From: Thermoanaerobaculia bacterium
GTDB lineage: Bacteria > Acidobacteriota > Thermoanaerobaculia > Multivoradales > JAIOJS01
Assembly: GCA_963846495.1 (NCBI GenBank)
Contig: CAWJWP010000035.1
Span: 372,212 to 436,211 of the forward strand
Direction of reading: 5' to 3'
DNA: 64,000 nucleotides
A model generated the notes under the pieces. It worked only from the letters and a program-made list of their open reading frames with translations, was not told where the DNA came from and did no database searches. This document shows, in pieces, positions 17,145 to 26,236 of this stretch (positions are counted from its first letter, which is position 1; each line of letters starts with the position of its first letter). The position numbers were made by a program, and so were the translations under genes.

Positions 17145-18908
17145 ATGACGAAGCGCTCGTGGCTCGTTTGCGCCTGGCTGGGTGCCGCGGTGCTCGCGGC
17201 CGGCGACCGTGCCGCCGCGCAGTGCACGCCGCCCAGCGGCGAGACCGGCTTCAACGACGTCATCTTCTCGTCCACCTCGACGAGCTTCAACCAGGTCCTT
17301 CCTTTCGACGTGCCGTTGCGCGTCTGCGCCGACGTGCCCGACGGCACCCTGCGCGCCAGCGTCAAGTACGCCGCCGCGCGGCGGCGGTCGGGGCCGCTCG
17401 ACGTCGACGCCGAGACCTGCACCATCCGCACGCCGGGCGTGCAGTGGAGCCAGGAGTACGAGCGGGTGCCCACCGGCAACACCGTGCGCTGGGTCATCGG
17501 CCGTCTGGAAGCGGAGCGCTACTACGTCTTCTGCTTCCAGTTCGAGAAGAAGGCGACCGACGCCGACATCGCCACCTTCCGCACCGCGGCGCGCACGGCG
17601 CTCGACCAGGCGCTGGCGCCGGTGCGCTCGGCGACGCTCACCGCCGAGCAGACGCAGGCGCTCTGCCTCGACCTGCGCCAGCGCTTGCTCGACGTCACCA
17701 GGGTCGACCAGATCCTGACGCCGGGGACGATCTTCGACTGCGATGCGACGCAGGTGGCCGTCTTCGCCACCAAGGTCAGCCGCGGTCCGCTCGAGGCGCA
17801 GCTCAACGCGCAGCGCATCCTCGCCGGCGTGCCCAACGACGATCCGCTCTTCACCGTGCCAAGCCTCGGCCAGCGGCAGAGCGAGCTGCAGGCGATGCTC
17901 TCGGCGCTGCAGGCCGACCCCGTCCTCGCCAAGCTGCTCGACGCGGTCGGCCGCCAGGCGGCGCTCGAGCCGACGGTGGCGGCGAAGGTACAGAGCCTCT
18001 GCCCCAACTGCTCCGCCCTCGTCGGCCCGGCGGCGACGCCCGCCGAGCGGCTCGCCCTCGGCGAGGACGCGGCGTCGATGCCGGGCGCCGCCATCACGGT
18101 GAGCTCGGACGGCGCGCAGACGGCGACGATGGCGCAGGGCTACCTGGCGCTCGCCAAAAACCTCGGCGACCTCGCAGCGCTCGTCAGCTGGGCGATCGGC
18201 CCCGACGCGCCCGCTGCCGTCGCCGCCGAGCTCACCGACGCCGACCGCGCCGCGCTCGCCACCCTCGTGCGCGAGGGCGGACCGCTGCAGCAGGCGAGCC
18301 GGCGCGCCTCCGGGCTCGCCAGCACGACGCAGCTGCTGAGCAGCCACCTGGCGTCACGCTCGAAGGGCATCGATGCGCTCGCCGACGAGCTCAGCATCTC
18401 GGCGCGCAGCCTGCTGCTCGGCGACGCCTCGACGCTGGGCAACTTCACCACCGCGCAGAAGAACTACATCAGCCTCGACGCCGGCCTCACCTGGGCGGTG
18501 GAGCTCGAGGAGGTGGTGCCCTACGCCGGCACCAACATCTACTTCCGGCCGGTCAACCGCAACGCGCCGCTGAGGTCGCTCGGCAACTTCCGCCAGACCT
18601 TCAGCCGCCGCTTTGCGCTCACCCTCGGCCTCACCGCCAGCAGCATCGCCGACCAGGGCGGCGCCAGCGGCACGCAGCAGGACCTCTTCGGCAACCAGTC
18701 GCTGCTGCTCGGCGCCGGCATACGCGTCACCGACGCCATGCGCCTCGGCGCCGGCGCCATCGTCTTCAAGCAGGACGATCCGAACCCGCTGGTCGACGAG
18801 TCGCGGCTCAACACCAGCTATTACCTGTCGCTCTCGTTCGACATCGACGTGGTGAGAATGTTCTCCAAGCCGCTGCAGACTGCGCTCGGCGTCACCGACA
18901 GCCCCTGA
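17145..18908 (+). CDS. Secreted hypothetical protein with a beta-strand-rich C-terminal region
   Basis: Start at ATG 17145 gives a signal peptide (MTKRSWLVCAWLGAAVLAAGDRAAAQ). I recognised no family. The last roughly 150 aa show an alternating-hydrophobic pattern (barrel-like). Confidence 0.6.
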   Translation: MTKRSWLVCAWLGAAVLAAGDRAAAQCTPPSGETGFNDVIFSSTSTSFNQVLPFDVPLRVCADVPDGTLRASVKYAAARRRSGPLDVDAETCTIRTPGVQWSQEYERVPTGNTVRWVIGRLEAERYYVFCFQFEKKATDADIATFRTAARTALDQALAPVRSATLTAEQTQALCLDLRQRLLDVTRVDQILTPGTIFDCDATQVAVFATKVSRGPLEAQLNAQRILAGVPNDDPLFTVPSLGQRQSELQAMLSALQADPVLAKLLDAVGRQAALEPTVAAKVQSLCPNCSALVGPAATPAERLALGEDAASMPGAAITVSSDGAQTATMAQGYLALAKNLGDLAALVSWAIGPDAPAAVAAELTDADRAALATLVREGGPLQQASRRASGLASTTQLLSSHLASRSKGIDALADELSISARSLLLGDASTLGNFTTAQKNYISLDAGLTWAVELEEVVPYAGTNIYFRPVNRNAPLRSLGNFRQTFSRRFALTLGLTASSIADQGGASGTQQDLFGNQSLLLGAGIRVTDAMRLGAGAIVFKQDDPNPLVDESRLNTSYYLSLSFDIDVVRMFSKPLQTALGVTDSP

Positions 18909-18917
18909 GGAGCCACC

Positions 18918-19271
18918 ATGACGGTCTTCATCGACGAACAGCTGAGCGCGTCGCCCAACCCGACGTCGCTGCCCAAGCGCATGGAGTTCACGCAGACGCT
19001 GCGCAGCAACCTCGACGAGGAGCCGATCATCGTCGCCTACTCGCTCGGCCCGGACCACAACGTCTGGTTCCAGGACGGCGACGGCGAGCAGCAGAAGCGC
19101 ATCCTCCGCCAGGAGTCGATCGGCAAGACGCCGCACGTCTGCATCGACCGCATCCCGATGGTGTTCGGGCCGGGGCAGGGCGGCCTGCTCACCGTCGAGG
19201 TCTCGCAGGTGATCCGCGACTCGGACGGCAACGTGCTGCCGAGCGTCGTCGTCGTGCAGCTCGAGAGCTGA
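18918..19271 (+). CDS. Hypothetical small protein (117 aa)
   Basis: A GAGGAG RBS lies 6 nt upstream of the ATG. The gaps to both neighbours are 9 nt, and GC3 bias is good. Confidence 0.55.
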   Translation: MTVFIDEQLSASPNPTSLPKRMEFTQTLRSNLDEEPIIVAYSLGPDHNVWFQDGDGEQQKRILRQESIGKTPHVCIDRIPMVFGPGQGGLLTVEVSQVIRDSDGNVLPSVVVVQLES

Positions 19272-19280
19272 GCGGCTACC

Positions 19281-20357
19281 ATGGTGGCGATGCCGTCCGC
19301 GACGCCGACGATGCCGCCGCGCCGCCGGCCGCGAGCGCTCGCTGCCTGCGCGTTTGCCGCGCTGGCGCTCTTCGCGGGGCGCTGTTACGAGAAGAAGGAC
19401 TACTCGCCGACGGCGCCGCCGACGCTCGACGCGCTGACGCTCACCACCGCCAACCAGCAGACCTCGCTGCCGGCCGACGGCGTCTCGCGGCTGCGCATCA
19501 TCGCCCGCATCTCGCCCGACGCCGACGCCGACAAGCGGACGGTGCTCTTCTCGACGACCGGCGGCACGCTGGTCGGCACCGTCAACGCGACCGGCCAGGT
19601 GCCGGTGGCGGCCGACGGCACCGGCACGGCGTCGATCGAGCTGCGCAGCCCGCAGCAGGTGGGCTCGGCGGTGGTGACGGCGCAAGTCCAGAACGCCGCG
19701 CAGGTGTCGCGGCAGATCACCATCTCGTTCACCGCGGCCGACCCCGAGGCGATCATCCAGTTCGTCGCCGCGCCGTCGCGAGCGCCCGCCGACGGCGCCA
19801 CGACGTCGACCTTCACCGTGCAGATCTCGCCGTCGCTCGCGATCGGCTCGCAGGTGACGTTCCACTCCACCGCCGGCACCTGGGCGCCGGAGGGCCAAGC
19901 GAACGTCACCCGCACCGCCGACGGCTCCTATCGCGCCAGCGCCGACCTCAAGAGCCCGACGACGATCAGCAGCGGTCGCGTCACCGTGACGGTCAGCAAC
20001 GTCTCGCAGCAGGCGACGATCAACTTCGAGCGCGCGCTGCCCGACATCATCACGGTGTCGTCCAACGGCCAGTTCCAGGTCAAGCCGTCGACGTCGACGG
20101 GCGTGACCATCGTCGGCACCTTCCTGCGCAACATTGGGACAGTGACGGCCGGGACGGTCGCGACCTTCCGCGCCGTGACTTCGGATGGCTCGTCGATCGG
20201 CTTCTTCCGCGACATCACGACGGTGGGCGCCGACGGCACGGCGAGGGCGACGTTCCTGGTCGGCGACACGACCTATCGCGGCCCGGTGACCATCACCGTC
20301 GGTGCGCAGGGCAGCTCGGTGACCGGCACGACCGGGTTGACCGTCGTCGATCCGTAG
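19281..20357 (+). CDS. Bacterial Ig-like (Big_1/invasin-type) repeat protein, signal-anchored
   Basis: A hydrophobic N-terminal segment is followed by about three repeats of the Big_1-like pattern (ADG.s...i.a...d......v.F.tt.Gtl...........G.A...l.s....G...VtA). Confidence 0.65.
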   Translation: MVAMPSATPTMPPRRRPRALAACAFAALALFAGRCYEKKDYSPTAPPTLDALTLTTANQQTSLPADGVSRLRIIARISPDADADKRTVLFSTTGGTLVGTVNATGQVPVAADGTGTASIELRSPQQVGSAVVTAQVQNAAQVSRQITISFTAADPEAIIQFVAAPSRAPADGATTSTFTVQISPSLAIGSQVTFHSTAGTWAPEGQANVTRTADGSYRASADLKSPTTISSGRVTVTVSNVSQQATINFERALPDIITVSSNGQFQVKPSTSTGVTIVGTFLRNIGTVTAGTVATFRAVTSDGSSIGFFRDITTVGADGTARATFLVGDTTYRGPVTITVGAQGSSVTGTTGLTVVDP

Positions 20358-20432
20358 CGGCAGGAGGCGCGTCGGTTGCGCGCGGCGGGATAACGGGCTG
20401 GCGGACGTCGACAAGCCAGCCGAGGTAGCGCC

Positions 20433-20831
20433 ATGGAACCAAGGATCAGCTTCGTCACCCTCGGCGTCGCGGACCTCGAGCGCTCGATCCGCTTCTACGT
20501 CGACGTCCTCGGCCTCACCAGGCTCAACAACGACGCCGAGGTAGCGTTCTTCGAGCTCGGCCGCACCTGGCTGGCTTTGTTTCCGCGCCATCTGCTTGCA
20601 GCAGACGCCGGAGTACCCGACGACGGCAGCGGCTTCGCTCGCTTCAGCCTGGCGCACAACGTGCGCACTCCCGAAGCCGTCGACGAGCTGCTAGCGCAAG
20701 TCGCAGCCGGTGGCGCGAGGATCGTGAAGCCGGCGCAGCAAGCCGACTGGGGCGGCCGCACCGGCTACTTCGCCGACCCGGATGGCTTCCTCTGGGAAGT
20801 CGCGTGGAACCCACATTTTCCGCACGTCTAG
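20433..20831 (+). CDS. VOC family (glyoxalase/bleomycin-resistance fold) protein
   Basis: ISFVTLGVADLERSIRFYVDVLGL plus FADPDGFLWEVAWNP are typical of this fold. Confidence 0.8.
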   Translation: MEPRISFVTLGVADLERSIRFYVDVLGLTRLNNDAEVAFFELGRTWLALFPRHLLAADAGVPDDGSGFARFSLAHNVRTPEAVDELLAQVAAGGARIVKPAQQADWGGRTGYFADPDGFLWEVAWNPHFPHV

Positions 20832-20891
20832 GGGCCCCGCACGGTGCGCGGATCTCGCAAGCGTCGCGCGGAAACGTCGCGGGGTGATCGC

Positions 20892-21302
20892 ATGAACCAA
20901 TCTCTCGGGCTCGTCGCTCTCGTCGTTCGCGACTATGACGAGGCTCTCGAGTTCTTCGTCGGCAAGCTCGGTTTCAGCCTCGTCGAGGACAGCTTCGTCC
21001 CCGCGCAGTCGAAGCGCTGGGTGGTCGTCGCGCCGCCCGGCACTGGCGGTTCGCAGTTGTTGCTCGCTCGCGCGTCAGCTCCCGAGCAGGAGGCGCGCAT
21101 CGGCGACCAGACCGGCGGCCGCGTGTTCCTGTTTCTCTACACCGACGACTTCTGGCGTGATTACCGGCGCTACCAGTCCAATGGGATCGTCTTCGTGCGC
21201 GAGCCCAGCGAACAGCCCTATGGAACCGTGGCGGTATTCAAAGACCTCTACGGCAACCTCTGGGACCTGGTCCAACTCAGAGCATCGAGCGCTGGGGGCT
21301 GA
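20892..21302 (+). CDS. VOC family (glyoxalase-fold) protein
   Basis: The internal ATG at 20892 gives MNQSLGLVALVVRDYDEALEFFVGKLGF... and FKDLYGNLWDLVQ. Confidence 0.8.
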   Translation: MNQSLGLVALVVRDYDEALEFFVGKLGFSLVEDSFVPAQSKRWVVVAPPGTGGSQLLLARASAPEQEARIGDQTGGRVFLFLYTDDFWRDYRRYQSNGIVFVREPSEQPYGTVAVFKDLYGNLWDLVQLRASSAGG

Positions 21303-21352
21303 CCTCAAGACGGCTGGAGGACACACGGACGCGGTGCGCTAGGATCGACTCC

Positions 21353-21598
21353 ATGAAGAACGAGGTCACCCGCAGTGGCGGAAAGACGACTCGGGGTCTT
21401 CGAACGGGGAAGATCCACGCCACGAAGGCATCTGCTACCGAGATCCGCCGGGCCGTTGGAGTGCGTCCCGCTGAGGCCAGGGTTGCCACCCGCGCCCTCG
21501 TCCTGGCTGCGAAGTCTGCTCCTGCCGGCCGATTCGTCGCGACTACGAAAGGCAAGGCTGGCAGGCCGAAGGGCGAGACCACGTCCAAGAAACGGTGA
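21353..21598 (+). CDS. Hypothetical small basic protein (81 aa)
   Basis: Lys/Arg-rich ORF whose stop overlaps the next gene's start (GTGATG). The RBS is weak. An alternative antisense ORF (21277..22173) looks less protein-like. Confidence 0.35.
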   Translation: MKNEVTRSGGKTTRGLRTGKIHATKASATEIRRAVGVRPAEARVATRALVLAAKSAPAGRFVATTKGKAGRPKGETTSKKR

Positions 21599-22191
21599 TG
21601 CTGGGGCCTTCGGACCCCCGCTCGGTCTTCCTGAACGTTCCCTTCGACAAGCGGTACGAGCGACTCTTCGCGACGCTCGTAGGCACCATCGTGTCGCTCG
21701 GCCAGATACCTCACTGCGTTCTCGAGGTCCGGGAGCGTGGCCAAGGTCGACTGGCTCGCATCTTCGATCTTCTGCGCTCGTGCGGAGCGTCGATCCACGA
21801 TCTCAGCCGAGTGGGTGTCCCGGCGCGCTTCAACATGCCGTTCGAGCTCGGACTCGCCTGCGGCCTCGCCCTGTCTGGCGAACCGCACGATGTGCTGGTG
21901 CTGGACGCCAGGCCTTATCGACTCGATCGCACTCTCAGTGATTACAAGGGCCGCGACCCGCTCATTCATCATGGCCGACCGGACGACTTGATTGACTGCC
22001 TTGCAGATGTCTTTCAGGTTGCTCGGGAGCCAAGTCCAGCGGTTCTGAAAACCGAAGCTCGCTTCTTGCGCAAGTCTGCCCGCGAGATCGCAGCACGGTA
22101 CGGTGACACTCTCTTCCGGCCAGCAGCCTTTCGGGCGCTGGTCGCGGTCGCCACCGAACGCGCTCAACAGCAAGGCTTCATCTCGGCGTAG
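21595..22191 (+). CDS. Hypothetical protein, possibly with a TIR-like / nucleoside 2-deoxyribosyltransferase-like Rossmann fold
   Basis: GC3 bias is good. The beta-alpha pattern is SVFLNVPFD...IPHCVLE...ASIHDLS...RFNMPFELGLACGL...VLVLD. The FELG(L/Y)A motif is reminiscent of TIR-like/NDT-like domains. The fold call is tentative. Confidence 0.5.
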   Translation: MMLGPSDPRSVFLNVPFDKRYERLFATLVGTIVSLGQIPHCVLEVRERGQGRLARIFDLLRSCGASIHDLSRVGVPARFNMPFELGLACGLALSGEPHDVLVLDARPYRLDRTLSDYKGRDPLIHHGRPDDLIDCLADVFQVAREPSPAVLKTEARFLRKSAREIAARYGDTLFRPAAFRALVAVATERAQQQGFISA

Positions 22192-22252
22192 CGTTCACCG
22201 CGACACGCGAAGCGCTGCGGACGTGCAACGGCTCGCGGGGTATCCTCGCGCG

Positions 22253-22711
22253 GTGGACGTCGCCGCCTTGCCACCGCGCCTTCGCGAGCATCTCGAGCTC
22301 GTCGAGTTGCTGCCCGACCGTAGCGATCGGATTCAGTACCTGATCTCGCAGGCGGATCGGTTTCGCGAGGTGTCGCCCGACGTAGCGGTGCGGCCGTTTC
22401 CGGAGGTGCACCGGGTGCCGCAGTGCGAGTCGGAGGCTTACGTCTGGGCGACTCCGCGGGAAGACGGGACGCTCGACTTTCACTTCGCGGTCGAGAATCC
22501 GCAGGGGGTGTCGGCGAAGGCCCTGGCGGCGATCCTTGCCGACAGTTTGCCGGGCGAGCCGCTCTCCACGATCACGGCGATCCCCGGAGACGTCGTCTAC
22601 TCGCTGTTTGGGCGCGAGCTGTCGATGGGCAAGAACCTCGGGCTGCTCGGGATGTTGCAGATGTGCCAGGCCTTCGCGCGGCGGCAGCAGGCGGCGCTCG
22701 CGTCGGCCTGA
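22253..22711 (+). CDS. SufE-family sulfur acceptor protein
   Basis: SufE signatures are RIQYLI, VPQCESEAYVW (persulfide-accepting Cys) and NLGLLGMLQ. The start is uncertain (GTG 22253 or 22223). Confidence 0.75.
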   Translation: MDVAALPPRLREHLELVELLPDRSDRIQYLISQADRFREVSPDVAVRPFPEVHRVPQCESEAYVWATPREDGTLDFHFAVENPQGVSAKALAAILADSLPGEPLSTITAIPGDVVYSLFGRELSMGKNLGLLGMLQMCQAFARRQQAALASA

Positions 22712-22757
22712 CCGCCTGGGCGGGTGATCGGGCCCGCAACTGTGCCGAAGGGTCCTG

Positions 22758-22880
22758 GTGACGATCCGCGGCGACAACGCCAACGAGGCGAACGAGACGT
22801 TCACCGTCGAGCTGCAGCAGGCGACCGGCGCGACGATCGTCGACGGCACCGGCGTCGGGACGATCGTCGACGACGACTAA
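22758..22880 (+). pseudogene. Orphan Calx-beta domain C-terminal fragment (40 codons)
   Basis: It translates to VTIRGDNANEANETFTVELQQATGATIVDGTGVGTIVDDD*, the canonical end of a Calx-beta repeat. No upstream body is present. Confidence 0.5.
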
Positions 22881-22916
22881 CGCCGAAAACGCCCAGGCCT
22901 GACGGCGCGCGAAGGA

Positions 22917-22989
22917 TCGAGATCGCTTCGTCGCTGCGCTCCTCGCGATGACGTCATGCGTCGTCGCGACGGCGGCGAAGCGATCTCGA
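22917..22989. repeat. REP-like imperfect palindromic element (copy 2)
   Basis: tcgagatcgcttcgtcgctgcgctcctcgcgatgac | gtcatgcg..ggcgaagcgatctcga. The left arm is the reverse complement of the right-arm consensus seen at 8576-8610. Confidence 0.6.
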
Positions 22990-22996
22990 CGCGCGG

Positions 22997-23860
<864 letters not shown>

Positions 23861-23996
23861 GAAGTCCTCCTCCGTTGCGCGAGCACTTTATACGCCGCGT
23901 AGAGCGCATCTCGGCGCCGGCCCTTGGCCGTCAACCCGCGATAGGCATAGAGTCGTGCGCAATCGCCAGTTCGCTCCGCTTCGACAAGGAGGCATC

Positions 23997-26150
23997 ATGG
24001 CTCGGACTCGCCCGTCCCTTGCGTTCGCGTTCGCCCTGTTCGCCTGTGCCTGGACCGCCGGCGCGCAGGAGTCCGCCTCGCCCACCGGCGCCCCCGAGGA
24101 GGATCCGGTCGCCACCATCGAGGACGTCATCGTCGTCACCGCTTCGCGCACCGAGCAGAAGCTGGTCGACGCGCCGGCGACGGTGACGGTGTTCACCGAG
24201 GAGGAGATCCAGTCGATCCCCGCCGACGATTACGGCGATCTGCTGCGCAACATCCCGGGCATGAACGTCACCCAGACGAGCGCTCGCGACGTGCAGATGA
24301 CCGGCCGCGGCTCGACCAACACGCTGGCCACCACCCAGCTCGTGCTGCTCGACGGCCGCTCGATCTACCTCGACTTCTTCGGCTTCGTGATGTGGGACTT
24401 CCTCCCCGTCAACCCGGCCGAGATCAAGCAGATCGAGGCGGTGCGCGGTCCGGGCAGCGCGGTGTGGGGCGCCAACGCCATGAGCGGCGTCGTCAACCTG
24501 CTCACCAAGCGGCCGCAGGAGATGTTCGGCACCACGCTGCTCGCGGGCGCCGGCGAGCTGGGCACGAAGTACGCGAGCGTGGGCCACGCCGGCGGCTCGG
24601 AGCGCTTCGGCTACAAGCTGTCGGGCGGCTTCTACGAGCAGGATCCCTACGACCGCCCGAGCGGCAACATCCCCGGCACCAACATCCCCTACGCCAGCTT
24701 CGCCTTCCCCAACAGCGGCACCGAGCAGGCCAAGGGCGACCTGCGGCTGTCCTGGGACTTGAGCGACGAGGCCACCTTCGACGTCTCGGCCGGCTACGCG
24801 CGCACCGACGGCATCGTCCACACCGGCATCGGGCCCTTCGACGTCGAGAAGGGCTCGCACTTGTCCTACGGCAAGGTCGACTGGACGCGCCGCAACCTCC
24901 ACATCGGCGCCTTCGCCAACCTGCTCGACGCCGACTCGGTGAACCTGCTCACCCGCGGCGGCAACGGCCAGCCGCTGGGCTTCGCCTTCGCCACCGACAC
25001 CTACAACGCCGAGATCTCCAACACCTCGGTGTTCGGAAACCACAACATCCTCACCTACGGCGGCAACTACCGCACCAACGACTTCGAGCTGGAGATCGCG
25101 CCGCTGGGCACCGAGCGCGACGAGTGGGGCGTCTACCTGCAGGACGAGATCCTCATCGGCAACCGGGTGCGCTGGGTGATCGGCGGCCGGTACGACGAGA
25201 TCGATCCCCTCACCGACGGCGTGTTCACCCCGCGCACCAGCCTCATCTTCTCGCCGAGCCCGATACACACCTTCCGCCTGTCGTACAACGAGGCCTTCCG
25301 CACTCCGTCGGCGATCAACAGTTACCTCGACGTCACCATCCTGCAGCCGGTCCGCGGCCTGCCGGGCCTGCCGCCGTCGCTCACCCTCTTCTTCCCGGCG
25401 CGCGCGCAGGGCAACGCCGGTCTTCCCAGCGAGCCCGCCGGCAACCGCGGCCTCGTCGAGGAGCACCTGACTGCCTACGAGGTGAGCTACCTGCTCACCG
25501 CCGGCAACGGCATCAACTTCAGCCTCGCCGCCTACCGCAACGAGACCGAAGACACGATCGACTTCTACGTGCAGAGCATCTACGGCTTCGGCAACTTCCC
25601 GCCCGCCTCGGTCGGCCTGCCGCCGCAGCTGCAGTTCTGCTTCGGTCCCGGCGATCCCTGCGGGCTGATCCGCGCCCTGCTGGCGCTCAACTCGCCGATC
25701 CCCTCCAACTACAGCTACCGCAACATCGGCAACACCATCGATCGCGGCGTGGAGGTCTCGGTCCAGCAGCGCCTGCGCGGCGCCTGGAGCTGGTTCTTCA
25801 ACGCCTCGTGGCAGGACGACCCGGAGTTCGAGGGGCTCGATTCCACCGCCGACCAGAACCTGCCGCCCGAGTGGCGCGCCAACCTCGGCTTCGGCTACGA
25901 CCCCGGGCCGTGGTTCGTCGACGTCAACGCCAACTACCAGGACGAGGCGTTCTGGGGCGACGTGCTGTTCGCCCGCGGCGCCACCGACGCCTTCACCATG
26001 GTCAACGCCGCCGTCGGCTGCCGCCTCCTCGACGAGCGGCTGACGCTGCAGGTGATCGGCGCCAACATCTTCGACGAGGAGGTGCAGCAGCACGTCTTCG
26101 GCGACATCATCAGCCGGAAGATCACCGGCCAGGTCGGCTTCCGCTTCTAG
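23997..26150 (+). CDS. TonB-dependent outer-membrane receptor
   Basis: ATG 23997 follows an AAGGAGG RBS and gives a signal peptide. A plug domain is present (IEDVIVVTASRTEQKLVDAPATVTVF), along with barrel repeats and a terminal ...GQVGFRF. Confidence 0.85.
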   Translation: MARTRPSLAFAFALFACAWTAGAQESASPTGAPEEDPVATIEDVIVVTASRTEQKLVDAPATVTVFTEEEIQSIPADDYGDLLRNIPGMNVTQTSARDVQMTGRGSTNTLATTQLVLLDGRSIYLDFFGFVMWDFLPVNPAEIKQIEAVRGPGSAVWGANAMSGVVNLLTKRPQEMFGTTLLAGAGELGTKYASVGHAGGSERFGYKLSGGFYEQDPYDRPSGNIPGTNIPYASFAFPNSGTEQAKGDLRLSWDLSDEATFDVSAGYARTDGIVHTGIGPFDVEKGSHLSYGKVDWTRRNLHIGAFANLLDADSVNLLTRGGNGQPLGFAFATDTYNAEISNTSVFGNHNILTYGGNYRTNDFELEIAPLGTERDEWGVYLQDEILIGNRVRWVIGGRYDEIDPLTDGVFTPRTSLIFSPSPIHTFRLSYNEAFRTPSAINSYLDVTILQPVRGLPGLPPSLTLFFPARAQGNAGLPSEPAGNRGLVEEHLTAYEVSYLLTAGNGINFSLAAYRNETEDTIDFYVQSIYGFGNFPPASVGLPPQLQFCFGPGDPCGLIRALLALNSPIPSNYSYRNIGNTIDRGVEVSVQQRLRGAWSWFFNASWQDDPEFEGLDSTADQNLPPEWRANLGFGYDPGPWFVDVNANYQDEAFWGDVLFARGATDAFTMVNAAVGCRLLDERLTLQVIGANIFDEEVQQHVFGDIISRKITGQVGFRF

Positions 26151-26180
26151 GCTCGATCGACAGAACCGCGACGAAACCGC

Positions 26181-26222
26181 GCGGGGGATGCGACGCTTCG
26201 CATCCTCCGCGCGTTGTTTTTT
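26181..26222 (+). terminator. Rho-independent terminator between convergent genes
   Basis: The stem is gcgggggatgcga / tcgcatcctccgc (13 bp, one G-U), the loop is cgct, and ttgtttttt follows. It lies between the receptor stop (26150) and the regulator stop (26237). Confidence 0.6.
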
Positions 26223-26236
26223 GGGCGCGGCCGGCG

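Noticed and set aside
23861-23996. A possible riboswitch in the 136-nt leader of the TonB-dependent receptor gene.
   Set aside because: I could not find a B12 box, TPP motifs or any other riboswitch core motif that I recognise.
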